Shown one piece after another: positions 17,345-24,751 of a stretch of 37,876 nucleotides of DNA. This DNA comes from a virus (Duplodnaviria; Caudoviricetes): positions 1 through 37,876 of IMG/VR virus record IMGVR_UViG_3300005805_000009, one strand, 5' to 3'. Under the pieces are notes generated by a model that saw only the letters and a program-made list of their open reading frames with translations, was not told the origin of the DNA and did no database searches. A program made the translations under genes and the position numbers. Positions within the stretch are counted from its first letter, which is position 1, and the number at the start of each line of letters is the position of its first letter.

Positions 17345-17924
17345 CTTGTAGGGATTTTATGATTGATAAATCTTTTTCACGAAATACGAAGTGTCCTTTG
17401 GCTTTTTCAAATACATCTGTTTCGCCACCATTGAATCGTGCAACTAATTTGAGCATTGCCACATCATTCATAGTTGGTATTTCAAACACTTCTTGGAGTT
17501 TTGTCTTTGGCTTTTCAACTACCTTGACTTGCTCACCTGCGGCATCTATATCCTTATCAGTTACTAATCCTAGTATACTAGACAGGGCATATCTGCGGAA
17601 GTATGTTATACCGCTACCGAATGATTGGTATACATTCATCTTGGCTAGTTCAATGATGGGGATGTCAGTAATGGATTCAATGGATTCCCCTGTTTCTGTG
17701 TGATAGATAATCGTGCGGAGTTGTGTTCCTTCAAGTGGTTGAGAGAAACATAGTTTATGCTTCTTCATGATAGGCATAATTGTACTGATAATCTTCGGTA
17801 AATCAGCGTATGTGTAGTTGAATCCGCTAGTGTCCTTATGGATAATAGGGCATTCATACTGAAACTCGGCTAATGATTTAAGCAAAGATTGTTTGATTGG
17901 TTTGTCTACATGTGCTTTTTGCAT
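17328..17924 (-). CDS. ERF-family ssDNA annealing protein
   Basis: YTYADL and GSGITYFRRYALSSILGL...DID motifs. Confidence 0.9.
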   Translation of the reverse strand: MQKAHVDKPIKQSLLKSLAEFQYECPIIHKDTSGFNYTYADLPKIISTIMPIMKKHKLCFSQPLEGTQLRTIIYHTETGESIESITDIPIIELAKMNVYQSFGSGITYFRRYALSSILGLVTDKDIDAAGEQVKVVEKPKTKLQEVFEIPTMNDVAMLKLVARFNGGETDVFEKAKGHFVFREKDLSIIKSLQDDRNV

Positions 17925-17928
17925 TTGA

Positions 17929-18267
17929 TTATGGTTTTAAATTGTTTACAAAGGTTTCAAGTGCCTTGATTGTTATACTCTCAATAACATCTCGGCTGAT
18001 ATAATTATTGATATAATCATTGACTTTAATGCCATGAGTGTTCATATGCGTTATTCCTTCATCATCCTCAACATATTCATCCCACAGAATAACACTATCT
18101 TGAACCTCAACAATATCGTGAACCTTTAAGAAGTCCAAGAATTGTTGCTCATTAAACATTATTGTAAAATTACCAATTAATTTTGAATCAGCAACAATAA
18201 TAATAAAATGATTATCATCTATGAAACGGAAATCAATTGTAGCATTGTTGATTGTGAATGTTTGCAT
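17929..18267 (-). CDS. Hypothetical protein
   Basis: ORF in the early operon. Confidence 0.6.
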   Translation of the reverse strand: MQTFTINNATIDFRFIDDNHFIIIVADSKLIGNFTIMFNEQQFLDFLKVHDIVEVQDSVILWDEYVEDDEGITHMNTHGIKVNDYINNYISRDVIESITIKALETFVNNLKP

Positions 18268-18280
18268 AATAGAAATTTAT

Positions 18281-18301
18281 AGGGGGGTTGTTCGCCCCCC
18301 T
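18281..18301 (-). other. GC-rich intergenic hairpin
   Basis: AGGGGGG-CGAACAA-CCCCCCT. Confidence 0.5.
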
Positions 18302-18307
18302 GTGTGA

Positions 18308-19252
18308 TTAATTTTTATTTAGTGAATTGATTAGTGATAGCACTCGGTTATCAATTTTAGTAGCCTTACCGATATACTTACTTTCAAGCCTTGCCCCTTC
18401 ACGCTTCGGTACAGGCATCTTGTGAGTGGTATAGTTGGTAACACCGCTAAATAATCCCCACATTGTTTCACCCTTCTGTTCCATTTCTACTGCGACACAT
18501 TCCAACAATTCTTTGGAACGATTGATATTATAACCGCTATACTTACCTTCGGCTTCGTATTCATCCATCATAATATCAACACCTGTAACATTCTGCACAA
18601 TTTTGGCGATATGTGTTTGCTTAACAGGTATTTCTGATAGTTTGATAAATCTTTCAAATATTGATTTCTCCTGTTCAATAGCGAACCCGATTTCTTTTAG
18701 GTACTCATCAACTTTTGAATGTAAGTTATTCGTATGGCGAATGCTATTGGATAACTCTTTACTAGCAGCGTTGAATGTGTTTTGGCAACTGATAGTTATA
18801 TTAGTCGCACCCCAACGTAATGCTCGTGTGCCATCGTGTGAATTGATGCCAGTCGTATAACCAACGACCTTATCTTTATTCTTGCCGATGCTTTTAATAA
18901 TGTTACCGCTTTCAAGTTGTGCGTATACTTTCGCACCACCCTTGAACATACCCCCGCCATGAATCTTGTAGCCACCCTTGTCAGCGATACGGATTAGCAA
19001 TTCTGCTAGTTCGCTATTTTGGTATGGCACATAACTATCTTTACAGGTTGTGAATACGGTTTGGGTATCATCCCTCACCACTCCAACGAATGGGGTTTCT
19101 GTCCCATCTTGTAAAAATAATGGTTGCTTACTGACAGTCCATCGTAAACCGAATTGGTCAAGTAAACTAGCCACTCGTTCTGCATTAGCATCATCTTGTA
19201 ATTTAAGACCGCTGAATGCTTGTTCTAGGATTTGGTCTGCTTTCTTTTTCAT
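18308..19252 (-). CDS. DUF932/DUF945 family phage/plasmid protein (start revised to ATG 19252)
   Basis: L.WTV, Y.P.QN, GG.KVY, NSHDG, C.NT and RHT motifs, WGLFSGVT.Y. Confidence 0.85.
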   Translation of the reverse strand: MKKKADQILEQAFSGLKLQDDANAERVASLLDQFGLRWTVSKQPLFLQDGTETPFVGVVRDDTQTVFTTCKDSYVPYQNSELAELLIRIADKGGYKIHGGGMFKGGAKVYAQLESGNIIKSIGKNKDKVVGYTTGINSHDGTRALRWGATNITISCQNTFNAASKELSNSIRHTNNLHSKVDEYLKEIGFAIEQEKSIFERFIKLSEIPVKQTHIAKIVQNVTGVDIMMDEYEAEGKYSGYNINRSKELLECVAVEMEQKGETMWGLFSGVTNYTTHKMPVPKREGARLESKYIGKATKIDNRVLSLINSLNKN

Positions 19253-19289
19253 AACATAACGCAGTGTAAGATGCTGCACCCTTTATGGT

Positions 19290-19472
19290 TTAATTGAAAA
19301 GTTTATTGACAATGTAGTTGTCAAATGTGGTTTGATTAAATTTAGTACCGAAGATTTTAAAGAATGTTACATAGTGAATGTAACAACTAGCGGATTGGAA
19401 GTCGGCTAGTTCATTGAATCTGCATTCATCAATCACTGATTGTGCTGCCCATACATAATGTTTCTTACTCAT
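19290..19472 (-). CDS. Hypothetical early protein
   Basis: ATGA-coupled small ORF. Confidence 0.55.
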   Translation of the reverse strand: MSKKHYVWAAQSVIDECRFNELADFQSASCYIHYVTFFKIFGTKFNQTTFDNYIVNKLFN

Positions 19473-19657
19473 TTTTTTTCTTTTAAAAATTTAGACAATA
19501 CATTGTTTTCTGCTTCTGTACGATGGTACATATCATACAATTTCTTGTTGATATATTGTGATGATACGTTTAATGCCTTACACCATTCGTTGAATGATAA
19601 TTGTGTGGCAGGATAAGTTGATACACTTATCTTTTCTCGCCTTCTGTCTTTGCTCAT
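19469..19657 (-). CDS. Hypothetical early protein
   Basis: Small ORF containing LSFNEW. Confidence 0.55.
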   Translation of the reverse strand: MSKDRRREKISVSTYPATQLSFNEWCKALNVSSQYINKKLYDMYHRTEAENNVLSKFLKEKK

Positions 19658-19666
19658 AAAATTGAT

Positions 19667-19933
19667 TTAAAAGTTTTGTATAGAAATTGTTTTAAGTAGC
19701 CTACGTTCTTTTGTTATCACATCGTAGGAATATAGTTCAACCATTGTACTCAAACACGAATAGTCAATAAGTGAGTGATGTTGTATTTCACTTTCTAATT
19801 GTGCAATAAATACATCTCTTGTGTGTTTGTAATCTTCTGATTGAAAAATACATTGATTAGACGTGTGTGTTGTTTTGTATGGCCCATCATTTGTAAATGA
19901 CTTGATACGTTTTGTTAGTTCAATTTGATACAT
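19667..19933 (-). CDS. Hypothetical early protein
   Basis: Small ORF with A-rich upstream region. Confidence 0.55.
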   Translation of the reverse strand: MYQIELTKRIKSFTNDGPYKTTHTSNQCIFQSEDYKHTRDVFIAQLESEIQHHSLIDYSCLSTMVELYSYDVITKERRLLKTISIQNF

Positions 19934-19936
19934 GAT

Positions 19937-20038
19937 TTAATTTTTAAAATGTTGGTAAATAGTTTTTACTAATACATAAGTGAATAGCGATAGACCGCTA
20001 ATGACAATTGCTTCAAAGATTGTAATGTGTGTTCCCAT
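19937..20038 (-). CDS. 33-aa hydrophobic peptide (not in ORF track)
   Basis: MGTHITIFEAIVISGLSLFTYVLVKTIYQHFKN fills the intergenic gap almost exactly. Confidence 0.5.
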   Translation of the reverse strand: MGTHITIFEAIVISGLSLFTYVLVKTIYQHFKN

Positions 20039-20055
20039 TTGATTTAATTTTTTGA

Positions 20056-20505
20056 TTAGTCAATTATTGTTATTGTTTCAACTTCTGTTGGTTGTGCTTG
20101 TTTTTGTTTTTCCTCTAACAATTCTTCCAAGCCACCCTGTACTTCCGTATAAAAATCATCGTAATCAAAATCAACATCACAAGAATCTAATTCAACTTGA
20201 TTGCGATAACTCATACTGAATTCTGCTGAATCAACATCAGCCTTCATGTAATCGGAATAACTAACATTTTCTAGAACGCTCATCACTTCTTCCATAGTGA
20301 ATCGTTGGTCGGTAAAGTTTTCAACGACAGGTGCGTTGTCAAATACTTGCCCTAATTCATCATACAATTCGTTTTCTAAATTCGTTAGTAAGGAACGCAC
20401 ATCATCTTTTGTGTGTAACGAACCTGTTGAATTTTGAACTCGTGTAAGTAAAAGGTTAATTTTACTTGAAATTGTGTTGATAGTTTGGATTTTTAAAGTT
20501 TCCAT
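20056..20505 (-). CDS. Acidic hypothetical protein, first gene of the early operon
   Basis: 149-aa ORF rich in D/E. Confidence 0.65.
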   Translation of the reverse strand: METLKIQTINTISSKINLLLTRVQNSTGSLHTKDDVRSLLTNLENELYDELGQVFDNAPVVENFTDQRFTMEEVMSVLENVSYSDYMKADVDSAEFSMSYRNQVELDSCDVDFDYDDFYTEVQGGLEELLEEKQKQAQPTEVETITIID

Positions 20506-20525
20506 TTTGTTTTTTCAGAGATTAT

Positions 20526-21010
20526 AGTGGTGACTCCACTTTTAGCGATGATGGAATGACTTGAACATTCAGGCCGCCTGCGGCACATCACCAAACCCGT
20601 TATGAACAACTTCCATTGAAGGATTACCATTGTCCGACCTTCGCACACCCATACCACTTGCATTGATGGATTAACTTACCAAAGTGTTCCATTGTGTGGT
20701 TATACAACTAAATTGTCTATTCGTAGCAGTTTCTTGGTTATCGTCCCTGTGGTTCTACGATTCATTGTATATCGCTAGACTGAGAATGTGTTACCTGTCC
20801 TATTCAAGTTTTCTATTGCCCTGTTCTTATTTCATTTTGTGTAGTGGCTTCTTACCCTGTTGATGATGATTAGGCTAGTAGCGAATAGAATTGACTGGAT
20901 GGGATTCGTTTTAATTAGGTACTTCACTTATACTGAGTTTTTACAACTGATTGGGTGAATTGTCAATTGGTTATGGTGGCCACAACCCGAATCCGTATTT
21001 CAAAGAACTA
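20526..21010 (-). ncRNA. Candidate large structured non-coding RNA or early leader
   Basis: ORF-free, GC-elevated ~490 nt downstream of a promoter and boxA-like GTTCTTTG; multiple complementary segments; 3' tRNA-like element. Confidence 0.55.
20547..20592 (-). ncRNA. tRNA-like mini element (acceptor stem, one arm and a T-arm)
   Basis: GGTGATG/CATCATC 7-bp stem, GCCG-CAGG-CGGC arm, GAATG-TTCAAGT-CATTC T-arm. Confidence 0.6.
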
Positions 21011-21013
21011 TGA

Positions 21014-21044
21014 CAATATTAATATATTTATTTAATATACCAAA
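21014..21044 (-). promoter_or_regulatory. Bacteroidota sigmaA-type early promoter
   Basis: TTTG-N19-TAATATTG (one mismatch to TAnnTTTG) at the head of the early operon. Confidence 0.65.
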
Positions 21045-21063
21045 ATAAATTTAAGGTATAAAC

Positions 21064-21090
21064 ATAACTTATTGGTTATCAATCAGTTAT
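21064..21090. promoter_or_regulatory. Palindromic operator-like site
   Basis: ATAACTTATTG-N5-CAATCAGTTAT, 11-bp arms with one mismatch. Confidence 0.5.
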
Positions 21091-21098
21091 ATGACTAA

Positions 21099-21163
21099 TT
21101 TAGGGGGGTTTTAGCCTGTTTTTAGGCTATTTTGGGGGGTTTTTAGGGGGTTTTTATGGGGGG
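21099..21163. repeat. Phased T-tract/G-tract low-complexity array
   Basis: T-tracts start at 21099, 21109, 21119, 21130, 21140, 21151; G-runs at 21103-08, 21134-39, 21146-50, 21158-63. Confidence 0.7.
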
Positions 21164-21194
21164 TTAAATGCTGCCCTGTTGAGCATATATTCGT

Positions 21195-21446
21195 TCAACA
21201 GTCGTCCTCATCCATATCATTTTGTAAGTGTAAAATCTTATCACGTAATGATTCATAATCGCCACGAATGTATATCGCAGAATTATCTTGTAATGTTAGA
21301 ATTTGTATATCGGGTAACAATTCTTGTAAATAGTATATCTCATCAAGCCTTATCATCCTTCTAGCGAAATCGTATTGGATGTCAAAGCCTAATTCCTGCC
21401 AATTAATTGTTCTGTCTTTTAATAAGACCTCAATCTCTAGCCACAT
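21195..21446 (-). CDS. Hypothetical protein (start revised to MWLEIEV, 21446)
   Basis: ATG lies 1 nt after the upstream stop codon. Confidence 0.6.
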   Translation of the reverse strand: MWLEIEVLLKDRTINWQELGFDIQYDFARRMIRLDEIYYLQELLPDIQILTLQDNSAIYIRGDYESLRDKILHLQNDMDEDDC

Positions 21447-21447
21447 A

Positions 21448-22305
21448 CTACGTTGAATATACTTTTGTTTGTATTTCTGTTTTTCTTTTGCCATCTACTA
21501 TTGTCCTGCTATGTGATAATTCAACCCAATATCCACCAATTTCCGATGGGTTAAATCCTTTTTCTACTTCCCAACCATTCGCTTTGTAACCTTGCTTCCA
21601 ACAACCTGTACGAATATGGTATACCTTATGCAAATTTACATCATATACGTTACTGCTAGTTATCTTTTCAATCGTTGAATGAACGCAATATTGTGTATGT
21701 GTATGTCCTAACCATATTAAATCAGCACCCTCAACATAGGTACTCATCCTGTTATGTTCAATAATACCTTTTGTAACCCTAGCATTACCACCGCTACCAT
21801 GATGCATTTTAATATAGAAAGCAGCGTTTGAGCCTGATACGTTAAATGATAACACTACCCAACCTTGATAGCCTGTATGTTGTGTATTACTGCCACCTTC
21901 CTTGCGTAACATATAACACAATCTATCTAGTGGATTTGTTTCATAGTTCTTTGTGATAGCAGTTTCGTGGTTGCCATCTGCCATTACTAATATGTTTTTA
22001 GCGTATGGCTTTAAGAATTCGTAGGCATCTTCAATTACAAGGTCAAAATAGTTATCTCCTAGGTATTCTTTTCTTATAGCACCCTTCATATGCCTTCTGT
22101 CGCTTTTACTTTGCATCATATCAAAGAAATCGCCATTAACTAGAATGATAGCATTTTTTTCAAGTGCTTTGTCAAGTGTGCTTTTTAGTAGTTCCCTTTC
22201 ACAACTTTTGCTATCAAAGTGTACATCTGATAATAGAAGTAGTGTTACATCTTTTGTTCTAACATCAATTTTCGTGATATTGTTACCTAGTTTATTAATA
22301 ACCAT
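21448..22305 (-). CDS. Calcineurin-like metallophosphoesterase
   Basis: SDVH, GDFFD, GNHE, HHG and GHTH motifs. Confidence 0.92.
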   Translation of the reverse strand: MVINKLGNNITKIDVRTKDVTLLLLSDVHFDSKSCERELLKSTLDKALEKNAIILVNGDFFDMMQSKSDRRHMKGAIRKEYLGDNYFDLVIEDAYEFLKPYAKNILVMADGNHETAITKNYETNPLDRLCYMLRKEGGSNTQHTGYQGWVVLSFNVSGSNAAFYIKMHHGSGGNARVTKGIIEHNRMSTYVEGADLIWLGHTHTQYCVHSTIEKITSSNVYDVNLHKVYHIRTGCWKQGYKANGWEVEKGFNPSEIGGYWVELSHSRTIVDGKRKTEIQTKVYST

Positions 22306-22751
22306 CTTTTAAGCGTAATCTTTAAGACCCATAATAAAATAATTATTACTAAAATTATTAGTAATGTGTTTCTTTGATTTGTTCTGTTCTTTATGGTTTC
22401 TTGTAATTTCTTATTATCAGCATTCACTTTTGCCAATTTTTGACTCATATCTTTCATTTGTAAGTCAAATAATGCACTTTTCGCTGTGTTTTCTTGATAC
22501 ACAATTTTCTCTTTTGATTTTGTAATCTTTGGTACTTTAACAGGTGGACAGATTGTGTCCTTATAAACTATATCTCCTTTTATATAGAATGGAACTTTAA
22601 TGCTATCCCCTTTGATATATTCATAGGTTGTATCAATCTTTTCAATAATAATAGTGCTATCCTTCACAGGATATTTTTCAGCACATATCTTCGCTATTTT
22701 CTTTTCAGAAGCACAACTAACAAACAATAAAAGTATTAATAGGTATCTCAT
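22287..22751 (-). CDS. Lipoprotein with C-terminal TM helix; candidate unimolecular spanin (start revised to 22751)
   Basis: MRYLLILLLFVSC lipobox, coiled coil, then TLLIILVIIILLWVL. Confidence 0.6.
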   Translation of the reverse strand: MRYLLILLLFVSCASEKKIAKICAEKYPVKDSTIIIEKIDTTYEYIKGDSIKVPFYIKGDIVYKDTICPPVKVPKITKSKEKIVYQENTAKSALFDLQMKDMSQKLAKVNADNKKLQETIKNRTNQRNTLLIILVIIILLWVLKITLKRWLLIN

Positions 22752-22818
22752 ATTTTCCCGAATGATTGATATTGCTGACATTTGTTGTATAAATAACAAA
22801 ACTCTTTCCACCATTTTT

Positions 22819-23007
22819 TCATTTCATAAACTTTTTAAGGCTAGTGATAATCGTATCAGGACTGAAAACCAGAACTAGACCAACTGCTATACCAAACGAA
22901 GCATCCGACCATTGTATTTCCTTGATGAATACACTCGTTATAGAAGCGACTATAATTATCATCCCTAGTAATGTTGTTTTCCATTCCTTGTAGTTTTTTA
23001 TTTTCAT
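22819..23007 (-). CDS. Two-TM membrane protein (holin/antiholin-like)
   Basis: WKTTLLG motif followed by two hydrophobic helices; coupled to the endolysin gene. Confidence 0.55.
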   Translation of the reverse strand: MKIKNYKEWKTTLLGMIIIVASITSVFIKEIQWSDASFGIAVGLVLVFSPDTIITSLKKFMK

Positions 23008-23489
23008 ATCAATACATAGTTATTTTTATCAACTTTACCCTTATTATACATATCTAACAGGGTTCTAACACTATATCCAAATGTTTTTTCAAAATGTGGA
23101 GCATCAACAAATTTCCAATCGCCACCCCAAGTCCAACCATATTGTTTGAAAATTGTAACTACTTCAATCCAATCAGGTTTACCATCTCCATCAAAATCTT
23201 TTTTAGTTTCCCAACTAGCATTTTTACCATCAATCAAAACAATATCAAGTGCTAATCCGTAATTATGATAACTCATACCACCTTTCGCATTAGTTACAAT
23301 TTTGCCTTTCGTTGTTCTACCCTGTGCAAATAAAGAATCCTGTTCTGCAAATGTTCTCAACGTATGAGAAAATCTACAAAATGCTTTACCTGTTAATGCT
23401 GCTGATATTTGAAAATAAATATCTCTAACTTCTTCACGAAGTTTAGGATGCATCAGTGCTATCCTGTCTATTGTTTTTTCGTCTATCAT
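23004..23489 (-). CDS. Endolysin, peptidase M15 (L-Ala-D-Glu peptidase-like)
   Basis: RTFAEQ..L.AQGR, SYHNYGLALD, WGGDW, DAPHFE. Confidence 0.92.
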   Translation of the reverse strand: MIDEKTIDRIALMHPKLREEVRDIYFQISAALTGKAFCRFSHTLRTFAEQDSLFAQGRTTKGKIVTNAKGGMSYHNYGLALDIVLIDGKNASWETKKDFDGDGKPDWIEVVTIFKQYGWTWGGDWKFVDAPHFEKTFGYSVRTLLDMYNKGKVDKNNYVLI

Positions 23490-23661
23490 AATTTTGCTTT
23501 TCGTTTTTAATTTTATACACTAAATACACGATAGAAAGAATTGAAATTATCCAAGTGAAAACTATATTCACTAATTCAACTCCCATCAGTTGCATAGCAT
23601 TAAAGAAAATCGCACCTAGTGTTGATGGCACTCCTAATTCATCTCGTTCAAACATTGTCAT
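23443..23661 (-). CDS. Holin-like membrane protein
   Basis: Hydrophobic segments with a basic C-tail; overlaps the endolysin start. Confidence 0.55.
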   Translation of the reverse strand: MTMFERDELGVPSTLGAIFFNAMQLMGVELVNIVFTWIISILSIVYLVYKIKNEKQNYDRRKNNRQDSTDAS

Positions 23662-23671
23662 TGTGGTATTA

Positions 23672-24103
23672 TTAAGTTGGGAATTGACATAAATTTAAAG
23701 GGGTAGGGTCTATGATTTCAACACTAGCAGAAACACCTGCCGTAAAATCATCAAACCTTTCTTGAAAGAACTCTATATTTATATTTTGATTTACATTGAA
23801 GCCGTATGTGTTATCTAATTTTAGTTTAGAAATAACATCAATAGCAACTTGTAATTGGTCGCTTTGTAATTGTAGCCTATTAGATTTATCTTCTGCTAAC
23901 AGGTCTGCGAATACTAATAATAATCTGTAACGCATTGTGCCTGTTACATAACTAGATGGTTGAGTAACAACCCATAATACAGGATATTCTATTTCACCGC
24001 CATTATCAACGTAGTCATAGATATCACCCTCTCCGAATGTTTTTAGCATTGGATGGCTTTGTTGTATTGTTTTTATTTTTGCTATCAGGTTGCTTAAACT
24101 CAT
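23672..24103 (-). CDS. Probable tail terminator/neck protein
   Basis: GDI, YPVL, ERFDD..AG motifs; position downstream of the adaptor gene. Confidence 0.5.
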   Translation of the reverse strand: MSLSNLIAKIKTIQQSHPMLKTFGEGDIYDYVDNGGEIEYPVLWVVTQPSSYVTGTMRYRLLLVFADLLAEDKSNRLQLQSDQLQVAIDVISKLKLDNTYGFNVNQNINIEFFQERFDDFTAGVSASVEIIDPTPLNLCQFPT

Positions 24104-24157
24104 CTTTCTTTTTTAAATAATCTTTTAGTTTTTTTTCATTTTTGGTATATGCCATTT

Positions 24158-24751
24158 CTAATATGGTTTTTTATAACGATTACCTTGATACCTTTCGCTA
24201 TATGGTCGTGTGTCCTCTAACTCTCCATTACCTAAATTGATAGCCACCCTATATTGATTGCTAGTTGGCCATATTGCAGTTATATCACTTCCTGGATTTA
24301 AGTATTCAGGATATGTTTCACTATTCGCAGTAAGATAATTAATTGTTCGTTCAGCATACCATTCTGCGTAACCTTGATAATATTTGCTAATACTTTGTAA
24401 TTCAGCGAATGTAGGTTGCTCACTATTCTCACTTGTTTTCTTTAAAACACCTTTGTTCACAAATTTATATTGCATAGCCATTGGCAACTCCCCTAATACA
24501 TAATTGAACAATGTGTCAGTCAAATAACTATCCAATAATGTTTTGTATTTAGCGTTACCAACCAAAGTAATATCGCCTGTGCTAATCAAATCTAAAATCT
24601 TATTGTATAACGCACTACCAACCAAAGGATGTATGTATCTATCCTGTGTCATTTTGATAATTTGCGTAAGATTTTTAAGGTCTATATTATTTGAAGCAAT
24701 CGTAAAATCTTTAAAAGATTGCTCACTAATCATTAAAATATTTGCACTCAT
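24158..24751 (-). CDS. Probable head-tail adaptor
   Basis: QD.YI.P.VGS.LY and YPEY motifs; directly downstream of the portal gene. Confidence 0.55.
   Translation of the reverse strand: MSANILMISEQSFKDFTIASNNIDLKNLTQIIKMTQDRYIHPLVGSALYNKILDLISTGDITLVGNAKYKTLLDSYLTDTLFNYVLGELPMAMQYKFVNKGVLKKTSENSEQPTFAELQSISKYYQGYAEWYAERTINYLTANSETYPEYLNPGSDITAIWPTSNQYRVAINLGNGELEDTRPYSERYQGNRYKKPY

Noticed and set aside
20547-20592. Canonical tRNA gene
   Set aside because: It is too short, has no anticodon loop and no encoded CCA; kept only as a tRNA-like element.
20506-21194. CRISPR array or attP/lysogeny region
   Set aside because: There are no regularly spaced 25-45 bp repeats, and no integrase or divergent repressor was recognised.
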